Assembly: GCA_049472335.1 (NCBI GenBank)
Contig: JBLIRO010000068.1
Span: 1-27,021, forward strand
Length of the DNA stretch: 27,021 nt
DNA from: a bacterium
Lineage (GTDB): Bacteria; SZUA-182; DTGQ01; JAFGSM01
Reading direction: 5' to 3'
Shown here: piece by piece, positions 1-8,116 of the stretch
How the letters are laid out: each line of letters starts with the position of its first letter
How positions within the stretch are numbered: the first letter of the stretch is position 1
Notes under the pieces: model-generated
Told to the model about the DNA's origin: nothing
What the model saw: the letters and a program-made list of their open reading frames with translations, nothing else
Database searches by the model: none
Translations under genes and position numbers: made by a program

Positions 1-1
1 G

Positions 2-190
2 GAGGACTCTAGGTTTTACTTTAAAGAACTCGTAAACCTCAAAGAGAAGATTTCAGAAACACATCCTTACGGGATAGACATGGATATTCTTTCCATGGGA
101 ATGAGTCAGGATTTTGAGGTGGCTATCGAGGAGGGGGCCAATATGGTAAGGATTGGTACGGCATTATTTGGCCCCAGGTGCTATAAATGA
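2..190 (+). CDS. yggS: YggS/PLPBP pyridoxal-phosphate homeostasis protein, 3' end (5'-truncated by window)
   Basis: Manual translation of frame 2: ...DILSMGMSQDFEVAIEEGANMVRIGTALFGPRCYK*. This is the YggS C-terminal signature (SMGMS.D...AIEEG...VRIGT..FG). It lies directly upstream of proC, the usual context. Confidence 0.93.
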   Translation, partial: EDSRFYFKELVNLKEKISETHPYGIDMDILSMGMSQDFEVAIEEGANMVRIGTALFGPRCYK

Positions 191-223
191 GACAAACATG
201 AATTTTAGAAGCACGAAAAAGTC

Positions 224-307
224 CACCACGGAGACACAGAGGCACAGAGAAATGATTTTAGAAGGCTTGTCTTTGATTTTTCTTTGTGTCTCTGTGCCTC
301 TGTGGTG
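224..307. repeat. Imperfect 27-bp inverted repeat built from CACAGAG(G/A) units (REP-like intergenic hairpin)
   Basis: Left arm CACCACGGAGACACAGAGGCACAGAGA (224-250). Right arm TCTTTGTGTCTCTGTGCCTCTGTGGTG (281-307). 23/27 positions are complementary and 3 of the 4 mismatches are G-U compatible on the + strand. Confidence 0.85.
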
Positions 308-368
308 AATTAAACTATTAAGAATTAACAAATTCTTGTCAGGGGTTTTCGGATGAAAGGGGGGAAAG

Positions 369-1172
369 ATCATAGAACAAATAGCTTTTATTGGGGGCGG
401 CAATATGGGAGAGGCACTCATTCAGGGTTTGCTAAAGGCGGATTTAATCTCTCCGGAGAAGCTCATAGTTTCGGAAATAAGGGAGGATCGGCGATCCTAT
501 TTAAAATCAAAATATAAGATCCGTGTAGCGGAGGATAACAAAAAGGCCTTAGAAAATTCAAAGATAGCAGTGCTTGCTGTCAAACCACAGATTATACCCA
601 TGGTGGGAGAGGAGATCGCTCCATGCCTCAACCAGGATATATTGGTGATTTCCATTGCGGCAGGTGTAAGTCTCAGCAGATTGAGGTCGGTTTTGAAATG
701 TCCCAGGATTATCCGTGTTATGCCAAATACTCCTGCGCTGGTTCTGAAAGGAATCACCAGTGTGTGTTGTGACGGGGTCAGCGCCGGGGACCTTGCTCTG
801 GCCGAAGAGATTTTTAATGCCGTAGGCAAGGTTATAGTCATGGAAGAGCGGCATATTGATGCAGTGACCGGTCTTAGCGGGAGTGGTCCTGCTTATTGTT
901 TTTTAATCATAGAGGCCCTCGCGGATGGCGGTGTAAAAATGGGGCTTCCTCGTTCAACAGCACTGGAGCTGGCTATACAAACAATGCGTGGATCGGCGGC
1001 ACTGATAGAAGAGTTTGCAAGGCATCCCGGTGAATTAAAGGATATGGTAGCCTCTCCGGGAGGAACCACGATATGGGGCTTGCATGCATTGGAGAAAAGA
1101 GGGGTAAGAGGGGCCTTTATTGAAGCAGTTGAGGCTGCCACACTGAGGTCCAAAGATCTGGGAAGATCCTGA
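369..1172 (+). CDS. proC: Pyrroline-5-carboxylate reductase (start uncertain; ORF-track ATG 405 lies inside the NAD(P)-binding motif)
   Basis: Motifs LAVKPQ, ISIAAGV, RVMPNTP, TGLSGSGPAY, VASPGGTT. The in-frame IAFIGGGNMG Rossmann motif begins at 381, upstream of ATG 405. Confidence 0.93.
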   Translation: MIEQIAFIGGGNMGEALIQGLLKADLISPEKLIVSEIREDRRSYLKSKYKIRVAEDNKKALENSKIAVLAVKPQIIPMVGEEIAPCLNQDILVISIAAGVSLSRLRSVLKCPRIIRVMPNTPALVLKGITSVCCDGVSAGDLALAEEIFNAVGKVIVMEERHIDAVTGLSGSGPAYCFLIIEALADGGVKMGLPRSTALELAIQTMRGSAALIEEFARHPGELKDMVASPGGTTIWGLHALEKRGVRGAFIEAVEAATLRSKDLGRS

Positions 1173-1199
1173 TGCCAGTTGCTGCCCGCATAATAAGAT

Positions 1200-1499
1200 A
1201 TGAATGATTTTTTGATCGAGGTCCCGGAGGGGATTGTTCTTAATATTAAGGTATTTCCCAATGCTGCCAAAAACGAGATCGGCAATATTCTGGGAAACTG
1301 CCTTCGTATCAAAATAGCATCCGCTCCTGTAAAAGGTAAAGCTAATAAGGAGTGCCAGAAACTGCTGGCCGTCTTTTTTCAAATCAATAAATCCAGGGTG
1401 ATATTAAGGAAAGGCGAAACCTCCCGGTTGAAACAGGTGCTTATTGAAGGGATTAAGAAAGAAGAGGTCCTGAAGAGACTTAAGGAAAGGTATGATTGA
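1200..1499 (+). CDS. DUF167 / YggU (UPF0235) family protein
   Basis: V.PNA.KNEI, LRIKIASAPVKGKANKE and GETSR.K motifs; 99 aa; yggS-proC neighbourhood. Confidence 0.88.
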   Translation: MNDFLIEVPEGIVLNIKVFPNAAKNEIGNILGNCLRIKIASAPVKGKANKECQKLLAVFFQINKSRVILRKGETSRLKQVLIEGIKKEEVLKRLKERYD

Positions 1500-2526
1500 G
1501 CCTATTCGTTGGACAAAAGATGGTATAAGGATTCTGGATCAGACCCTTTTGCCGGTACAGATACTCTATATCGATTGCAAAGACTATAAGGAGGTTGTTG
1601 ACGCCATTAGAACCATGAAGATTCGGGGGGCGCCTGCAATAGGTATAGCTGCGGCCATGGGTGCGGCATTAGGGGCGCAGGATATTAAGACAGAAGATCA
1701 TGATTTATTTTGTTGCCAGTTTGATAAGGTCTGCCAGGAGTTCCTTTCAGCAAGACCCACGGCAGTGAATCTGGCCTGGGCCATTAACCGGCTGAGGGCG
1801 ATAATTAGTGACAAGGGAGAGTCTTCCTTAATAAAATGGAAGGGAATGCTCAAGGATGAAGCCGAGAGGATTCTGGTTGAGGATATACAGGTGAACAGGC
1901 TTATAGGCTCATACGGGGAAACCCTCATCCGTGACGGGCAAACCATACTTACCCACTGCAATGCCGGTGCTCTTGCCACAGGAGGTTATGGAACAGCACT
2001 AGGGATTGTCCGGGCTGCATGGGAGAAAGGAAAAAGTATCCGGGTATTGGCAGACGAAACCCGACCGGCGCTCCAGGGGGCAAGACTTACCACATGGGAG
2101 CTCATCAGGGATAATATCCCCGTAACCCTTATCACTGATAATATGGCCGGAGACTGCATGCGAAGAGGCAAAGTGGATTTGGTTGTCGTAGGAGCTGACC
2201 GTATTACAAGAGCCGGGAATGTTGCTAATAAGATCGGAACATATTCCCTGGCAGTTTTGGCAAAGGCCCACGATATCCCCTTTTATGTGGCCGCGCCTGT
2301 ATCCACTATTGACTTTGATCTTGTCTCCGGTGATGATATCCCTATTGAAGAGAGAGGCACTGAAGAGGTCACACATATTTTGGGTCACAGGATCGCACCT
2401 GAAGGTGTAGGTGTCCTTAATCCCGCATTTGATGTGACTCCCGCTGGTTTGATCAGCGCTATTATAACTGAATATGGAATATTAAAGCCTCCATACGAGG
2501 ATTCCATAAAAAGATTATTGAGATAA
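1492..2526 (+). CDS. mtnA: S-methyl-5-thioribose-1-phosphate isomerase
   Basis: LDQTLLP, IRGAPAIG, ARPTAVNL, LTHCNAGALATGGYGTALG, DETRP.LQGARLT.WEL, GADRI, NPAFDVTP motifs. Confidence 0.95.
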   Translation: MIEPIRWTKDGIRILDQTLLPVQILYIDCKDYKEVVDAIRTMKIRGAPAIGIAAAMGAALGAQDIKTEDHDLFCCQFDKVCQEFLSARPTAVNLAWAINRLRAIISDKGESSLIKWKGMLKDEAERILVEDIQVNRLIGSYGETLIRDGQTILTHCNAGALATGGYGTALGIVRAAWEKGKSIRVLADETRPALQGARLTTWELIRDNIPVTLITDNMAGDCMRRGKVDLVVVGADRITRAGNVANKIGTYSLAVLAKAHDIPFYVAAPVSTIDFDLVSGDDIPIEERGTEEVTHILGHRIAPEGVGVLNPAFDVTPAGLISAIITEYGILKPPYEDSIKRLLR

Positions 2527-2541
2527 GGAGAGGTTACAAGA

Positions 2542-3495
2542 TTGGCAGACAGAGAGTTGGTAGGGATTATTTTGGCGGCAGGCGACAGCACCAGAATGAA
2601 ATCTGAAACACCCAAGGTGCTTCATCCTATTTTAGGACACCCCATGCTTGAGTATATTATTAAATCCCTTAGAGGAACAGGAATAAAAAAGCTTTTAGTC
2701 GTAATAGGTTTCAAAAAGGAAAAGGTTGTGAACATGTTCAGGGATTTTGATATAGAGTTTGTAACCCAGGAAGAAAGGCTGGGAACAGCGCATGCGGTGC
2801 TTCAAACCTTACCTTTTTTAGCAGGTTTAAATGGAGACTGTATTATTACGTGTGGTGACACACCGCTTATCAGAAAACAGACCCTCAGGGATATTTATCA
2901 AAAACACATAGATGAGTCGGCTGATTTGACAATATTGACCGCGCACCTGGATAATCCGACCGGCTATGGACGCATCATGCGGGATGAGAGGGGAAGGGTC
3001 GCCGGGATTGTTGAGGAGAAGGACGCAACAAAAGAACAAAGAAACATCAAAGAAGTTAATACAGGGATATATTGCTTTAAGATCGAGATCCTTTTCAACC
3101 TTTTGGACAGGATTGGAAATGAAAATAAGCAAGGGGAATACTATTTAACGGATTGTGTTTCATTAGCCAGAAATGAAGGCTTAAATATCTCCAACCACTT
3201 GCTCGAAGAATCGTTGGAAATCTACGGAGTGAATAACAGGGTGGAATTGGCGTTTGTAAGCGATCTCGTCAGGAAAAAGAAGCTGGAAACATTAATGCTT
3301 AACGGGGTAACCATAATAGATCCCAAAACTACATATATCGGTTCTGACGTGATTATAGGAAGGGACACAATTATATCCCCTTGTGTAGTCATTGAAGGCA
3401 AAACGGTTATTGGCAAGGAATGTGTCGTTAACCCTTTTACCTATATCAAGGATCTTCATATCGGAGATGGAGAGGTGTTTGGTAAAAGCAAATGA
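2542..3495 (+). CDS. glmU: GlmU-like N-acetylglucosamine-1-phosphate uridyltransferase, short form with only the first hexapeptide repeats
   Basis: TTG start after AAGGAG. Motifs ILAAG.STRMKS..PKVLH, LGTAHAV, GDTPL, PTGYGRI, EVNTGIY, QGEYYLTD, GVNNR. Short LbH tail, stop at 317 aa. Confidence 0.8.
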   Translation: MADRELVGIILAAGDSTRMKSETPKVLHPILGHPMLEYIIKSLRGTGIKKLLVVIGFKKEKVVNMFRDFDIEFVTQEERLGTAHAVLQTLPFLAGLNGDCIITCGDTPLIRKQTLRDIYQKHIDESADLTILTAHLDNPTGYGRIMRDERGRVAGIVEEKDATKEQRNIKEVNTGIYCFKIEILFNLLDRIGNENKQGEYYLTDCVSLARNEGLNISNHLLEESLEIYGVNNRVELAFVSDLVRKKKLETLMLNGVTIIDPKTTYIGSDVIIGRDTIISPCVVIEGKTVIGKECVVNPFTYIKDLHIGDGEVFGKSK

Positions 3496-3636
3496 AAATT
3501 GCAAAATGAAAAATGAAAATTGCAAAATGCAAAAAACAAGATGCAAAATGAAGAATAAAAGAGACAGTTTCTACCATACCCAGTATCATGAGAGGCATTT
3601 TAAAATTTAAAATTTAAAATTTGCAATTTGCAATTC
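3490..3636. repeat. Two opposed arrays of degenerate 7-bp tandem repeats
   Basis: AAATGAA/AATTGCA/AAATGCA-type heptamers x9 at 3490-3552. Reverse-oriented CATTTTA/AAATTTA/CAATTTG heptamers x5-6 at 3596-3636, around a ~43-bp spacer. Confidence 0.8.
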
Positions 3637-3647
3637 TTTGGTCCTGT

Positions 3648-3676
3648 TTGACAGTTTTATTTAAGGGTCGTACAAT
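3648..3676 (+). promoter_or_regulatory. sigma70-type promoter
   Basis: TTGACA (3648-3653), 17 bp, TACAAT (3671-3676), about 45 bp upstream of ATG 3721. Confidence 0.75.
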
Positions 3677-3720
3677 GTGATTAATTAGAAATTATAAAAT
3701 ATAAAACTTGGTATAATACA

Positions 3721-4293
3721 ATGATTCATGAAGTGGAATATTTTGATCAACCTGGTCGGATTAATACACCAAGATGCGTGGAAATATGCCGGAGAATAGT
3801 TGAGTCTGATTATAATGACCTCGTAGTAGCTTCAACAACCGGTGAAGTCGGTGTTCAATTTTGCCGTTCCTTATCTAAGTTCTCAGGGCTGAATTTGGTT
3901 ATAGTCACTCATTCTGCAGGTTTTAAAGAAAAAGGAATGCAGGAGCTTACACTGGAAAACAGGAGAGAGATCGAATCCCTAGGCGGGAAGATCCTGACAA
4001 CAACCATTCTTACACATTCGCTTGAAACCGCTTTGGCCGGTCAGCATTCGGGCGCATATCCTACTATAATCATTGCCCAGACCCTGAGAAGGTTAGGGCA
4101 GGGTATGAAGGTATGCTGTGAAATCGTAATGGAAGCTTGTGATGCAGGCCTTATTCCGGAGGGTAAGGATGTGTTGGCTGTCGGCGGGACAGCTCACGGG
4201 GCGGATACAGTCTGTGTTATCAACTCAACCGCTTCTAAAAGGTTCCTCCAGTTGAAAATCAGAGAGATACTCGCGAAGCCTAAAGACTGGTAA
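3721..4293 (+). CDS. Pyruvate kinase alpha/beta (C-terminal-like) domain protein, COG1751/MTH1675-like
   Basis: YF.QPG..NT, VVASTTG, VTHSAGF, IIAQTLR.LGQGMKVC.EI...ACDAGLI, AVGGT.HGADT, REILAKP motifs. Confidence 0.8.
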   Translation: MIHEVEYFDQPGRINTPRCVEICRRIVESDYNDLVVASTTGEVGVQFCRSLSKFSGLNLVIVTHSAGFKEKGMQELTLENRREIESLGGKILTTTILTHSLETALAGQHSGAYPTIIIAQTLRRLGQGMKVCCEIVMEACDAGLIPEGKDVLAVGGTAHGADTVCVINSTASKRFLQLKIREILAKPKDW

Positions 4294-4304
4294 TACTGGT
4301 AATT

Positions 4305-5267
4305 ATGACGGATTATAAAGAACAGAACCTCTGGGCAGTCGGAGGAGGGAAGGGCGGTACCGGAAAAAGTATCATAGCCACCAATATTTCCGTTCAACTT
4401 GCCAAGCGGGGGAAAAGGGTTATCATTATAGATGCGGACCTTGGCGGCGGGAATCTTCATACCTATATGGGGATAAAAGCGCCGTCCGTGAGCCTGGCAG
4501 ATTTTATTTTGAATAAAGATTGCAAGCTCGAGCAGGTGATTGTTGATACTCCGTACGAAAACCTGAAACTTATCAGCGACGCAAATGATGTGCTTGGCTT
4601 GGCTAATACAAGCTACATGCAAAAAGAGAGATTTATACGTCATATTCGCGAGCTTCCTTTCGATTACGTAATCATAGATCTGGGTGCAGGAACCGCATAC
4701 AGTATGCTGGATTTCTTTCTTATATCGAACAGTGGTTTTCTGGTTTCTATACCTGAGCCGGCTGCGATTGAAAACGCTTATCGTTTTATCAAGTCTTCTG
4801 TCCATAGAAAACTTATCCGAAGTTTTAACCGTCAACCTATCAGAGGCTTGATAGAGCAGGCTATGTATCCCCGTAATGGTATTAAAACGGTTTACGAGCT
4901 GGTTGAGAAGGTTTATGAGATTGAACCGATCACAGCCGAAAAAATGGTACAGGAGATCATGAGTTTCAATCCCAAGTTGATCATGAATCAAGTACGGACA
5001 GAGAACGATATCTTTCTGGGTGATTCCATTAAAGATGTTGTACGAAAATTCCTCGGTGTAAATTTGAGCTATATAGGATATGTAAGTTTTGATGAGCGTC
5101 TGAAAATGGCTGCTACCAAAAGGTTGCCCCTGTTTACAGAGTTTCCAAATTGTGGCGCTGCGATCTGTATCAGAAATCTGGTAAACAGATTCCTGGAAGA
5201 AAAGAAACAACCTGGTAACCTCAAAAGGGAGGAGAATCTTGGCCATGAAAAAGGTTACGCAACTTAA
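4305..5267 (+). CDS. MinD/ParA (FlhG/FleN-like) P-loop ATPase
   Basis: Deviant Walker A GGKGGTGKS, IDADLGGGNLH, IIDLGAG, PEPAAIENAY. Confidence 0.88.
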   Translation: MTDYKEQNLWAVGGGKGGTGKSIIATNISVQLAKRGKRVIIIDADLGGGNLHTYMGIKAPSVSLADFILNKDCKLEQVIVDTPYENLKLISDANDVLGLANTSYMQKERFIRHIRELPFDYVIIDLGAGTAYSMLDFFLISNSGFLVSIPEPAAIENAYRFIKSSVHRKLIRSFNRQPIRGLIEQAMYPRNGIKTVYELVEKVYEIEPITAEKMVQEIMSFNPKLIMNQVRTENDIFLGDSIKDVVRKFLGVNLSYIGYVSFDERLKMAATKRLPLFTEFPNCGAAICIRNLVNRFLEEKKQPGNLKREENLGHEKGYAT

Positions 5268-5823
5268 TCATTATGAATTACTGGATCTGGAACCAACAGC
5301 CTCCAAAGAAGAGATACAACAGTCTTTTGCCAAGCTTCGTAAGACCTACGAAACTGACTCCCTTGCAGTATATTCCATTTTATCGGAAGAGGAGAGGGAA
5401 TACATGGCCGAAAGGCTTGAGGAAGCTTATAAAACTCTGATTGATAAAGAAAAAAGGATCAAGTATGATAACTCTATCGGTATTAATACGGGTAGTCCTA
5501 AAAAGGATACCAAGATAGTCAAATTCGTATCATCGAAATCAGAAAAAAATCAAGCAAAGACAGAAGAGATACACGAAGATGCCCTGGATCCCCTTGACCA
5601 GGATTTTTTAAAGAAATTAAGGGAAAAGAAAGGAATTTCCCTTATTGATATATCAGAATCAACTAATATCAGAACCCATTTTCTTGAAGCCCTCGAGAAT
5701 GGCAAATATGATGAGTTGCCTGGCAAGGCTTACGCTGTGGGCTTTTTAAAAGAGTTTGCAAAATATCTGGGAATAGATTTTGAAATAGCCAAAAAGAACA
5801 TGGATAAGTGGGCAAAGTGGTGA
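5239..5823 (+). CDS. Degenerate J-domain plus RodZ-like helix-turn-helix protein (start TTG 5239 or ATG 5245)
   Basis: N-terminal HYELLDL...AS.EEI..........Y...EEAYKTL.D..KR..YD resembles a J-domain without HPD. C-terminal LKKLREKKGISL.DISE.TNI....LEALE.GKYDELPG.AYA.GFLKE.AKYLG is an HTH_25-type domain. SD GGAGGA upstream. Confidence 0.8.
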   Translation: MAMKKVTQLNHYELLDLEPTASKEEIQQSFAKLRKTYETDSLAVYSILSEEEREYMAERLEEAYKTLIDKEKRIKYDNSIGINTGSPKKDTKIVKFVSSKSEKNQAKTEEIHEDALDPLDQDFLKKLREKKGISLIDISESTNIRTHFLEALENGKYDELPGKAYAVGFLKEFAKYLGIDFEIAKKNMDKWAKW

Positions 5824-5893
5824 CAGGATATTTTATGGGGATAAAAAGGCATTTTAATGTAAATTTTACCGGGTCTGAGGAGCATCTTCAGCT

Positions 5894-6838
5894 ATGAAGC
5901 TGATAGTTCAGATCCCCTGTTTGAATGAGGCAGAAACCCTTCCCGTAACTTTGGAAGGCATACCCAGGAAGATTTCAGGCATAGATAAGATCGAGATCCT
6001 GGTCATAGATGACGGTAGCACAGATAATACGTCCGAAGTAGCTCGTCTAAAAGGGGTAGACCACATTATTCGGAATACAGTGACCAGAGGTCTCGCAAAG
6101 ACCTTCGCCATTGGCATCGATAACTGCCTGCGTTTAGGGGCAGATATAATCGTCAATACCGATGCGGACAATCAATACAATGGGGAGGATATCCCAAAAC
6201 TCATTGAACCTATTTTAAGAAAAGAAGCGGATATAGTTATTGGAAACAGGCAGACAGAAAATATACCGCACTTTTCATTTGTAAAAAAAAAGCTTCAAAA
6301 ATGGGGGAGTTTCGCGGTGAGGCAGCTCTCGGGAATAGAAATACCCGATGCGGTGAGTGGTTTCAGGGCTTTCAGCAGGCAGACGGCGATGCAGATCAAT
6401 ATACTGTCCAATTATACCTATACTATCGAGAGTGTTATTCAGGGCGGTAGCAAGGGTTTTCGGATTGTTTCAGTGCCCATAAGAACAAATGAGAAATTAA
6501 GGGAATCACGACTGATTAAAAGTGTCCCTGACTTTCTAAAAAGGTCAGTTACCACCATGATAAGGATGTATACAATGTATCAACCACTTAAGGTTTTTTT
6601 TGCGATTGGGTCCTCCATATCATGCGTTGGCTTCATAGTTTCCTGTCGGTTTTTATGGTATTACCTGAAAGGAATGGGAAAGGGGCACATGCAGTCACTC
6701 ATCCTTTCAGCGATTTTATTGATCATAGGTTTTCAGATAATCTTAATAGGTCTTGTGGCGGATATCATATCATTTAACAGGAAGCTTATCGAGGAAATCC
6801 TTCATAAAATAAAAAAGAGTGAATTCACTTCTGAATAG
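5894..6838 (+). CDS. GT2 glycosyltransferase, DPM1/ArnC-like with two C-terminal TM helices
   Basis: IPCLNE, IDDGSTD, NTDADNQY, DAVSGFRAFSR; hydrophobic C-terminal segments. Confidence 0.9.
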   Translation: MKLIVQIPCLNEAETLPVTLEGIPRKISGIDKIEILVIDDGSTDNTSEVARLKGVDHIIRNTVTRGLAKTFAIGIDNCLRLGADIIVNTDADNQYNGEDIPKLIEPILRKEADIVIGNRQTENIPHFSFVKKKLQKWGSFAVRQLSGIEIPDAVSGFRAFSRQTAMQINILSNYTYTIESVIQGGSKGFRIVSVPIRTNEKLRESRLIKSVPDFLKRSVTTMIRMYTMYQPLKVFFAIGSSISCVGFIVSCRFLWYYLKGMGKGHMQSLILSAILLIIGFQIILIGLVADIISFNRKLIEEILHKIKKSEFTSE

Positions 6839-8041
6839 GTGGGCCATTTGAGGATTAATAAAGGCCCGACAGAGGGAAAAAAAACGGCAAAGAAAAAGAT
6901 CGTTATTATTGGCCCGGCCTATCCTTTCAGAGGAGGGATTTCTCATTACAATACCCTCCTGTACCGGGCATTAAAACGGATCCATAACGTTGCTTTTTTC
7001 TCTTTTAAGAGACAATATCCTGACTGGCTTTTTCCGGGGAAATCCGACCGGGAACCGGATGAACACACAACCAAAGAGCCGGATATCGAATATTTGCTTG
7101 ATTCCTTAAATCCCTTAACATGGTTCGGACTTTTTTTTCGTATAATGAGAGAAAGACCCCGTCTGCTCATAATCCCATGGTGGACGGCATTTTGGGCGCC
7201 TCAGTTTTTTACTCTCGCCTTTTTGGTCAGACGTTTTACGTCCATCGAGATTCTATTTATTTGCCACAATGTTACCCCGCATGATTCTGCATGGCTGCAC
7301 CGGTTATCCAGTATCTTTGTGCTGATAAACGGTCACTATTATATTGTTCAATCCGAAGACGATCGACGGATACTGTCGGATTTGGTAAGAAAGCCGCTTT
7401 CCCATATCATTAAAAATTATCATCCGACCTATGAGTTTTTTAACCTTGAACATGTCGACAGGGATGAAGCAAGGGATACGCTCGGCCTTAAAGGTACAGT
7501 GCTCCTCTTTTTCGGATTAATCAGGGAATATAAGGGATTGATGTATTTAATCGAGGCCCTTCCTTCGATCCTTTCCGCCGCTGATGTGACTCTGTTGATA
7601 GCCGGGGAGTTTTGGGAGGATAAGGATGAATACACGGAATTAATAAAAAGACTTGGAATAGAGGATCATGTAAAGATAATAGATGCTTACATACCAAATG
7701 AAGAGGTCCAGATATATTTTTCTGCCGCCGATATTTGCATTATGCCTTATATCTCAGCCACAGGCAGTGGAGTGGCCCAGATTGCCTACGGATTCAATCT
7801 GCCTGTCATAGCAACATCAGTGGGGTGCCTTAAAGAGATCATTGAAGACGGCGTTACAGGTTTTCTGGTGCCCCCGCGTGATCCGGATGAGCTGGCAAAA
7901 AAGGTAATAGAGACAATAAAAGGTGATTTAACGGGGGAATTCAGAAAGAACATCGAAAAGATCAAAGACCGGTTTTCATGGGATGGATTGGTTCGAAAGA
8001 TAGATGATATTTTGAGTGAAAACGATTCGAATATCGAGTAG
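6839..8041 (+). CDS. GT4 (GT-B) glycosyltransferase (start uncertain)
   Basis: GPAYPFRGGISHY, LFFGLIREYKGL, FSAAD..IMPY.SATGSGV, PVIATSVGCLKEIIEDG.TGFLVPP.D. Confidence 0.9.
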   Translation: MGHLRINKGPTEGKKTAKKKIVIIGPAYPFRGGISHYNTLLYRALKRIHNVAFFSFKRQYPDWLFPGKSDREPDEHTTKEPDIEYLLDSLNPLTWFGLFFRIMRERPRLLIIPWWTAFWAPQFFTLAFLVRRFTSIEILFICHNVTPHDSAWLHRLSSIFVLINGHYYIVQSEDDRRILSDLVRKPLSHIIKNYHPTYEFFNLEHVDRDEARDTLGLKGTVLLFFGLIREYKGLMYLIEALPSILSAADVTLLIAGEFWEDKDEYTELIKRLGIEDHVKIIDAYIPNEEVQIYFSAADICIMPYISATGSGVAQIAYGFNLPVIATSVGCLKEIIEDGVTGFLVPPRDPDELAKKVIETIKGDLTGEFRKNIEKIKDRFSWDGLVRKIDDILSENDSNIE

Positions 8042-8116
8042 TCTCGGATAGGCTGGAAATGGCTGAATTATTTCTAAAGGCAAAAGACTCCCAGATCCTG
8101 GAATAAGAGGGTACAT

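Noticed and set aside
164..421. 85-aa minus-strand ORF containing HHRGTETQR / LCLCVSVV
   Set aside because: A translation of the palindromic repeat, overlapping yggS and proC antisense.
3292..3610. Short ORFs with KMKNENC / FCILQF repeats
   Set aside because: Artefacts of translating the heptamer tandem repeats.
4194..5246. 350-aa minus-strand ORF
   Set aside because: Antisense shadow of the motif-rich MinD/FlhG-like gene, with no recognisable motifs.
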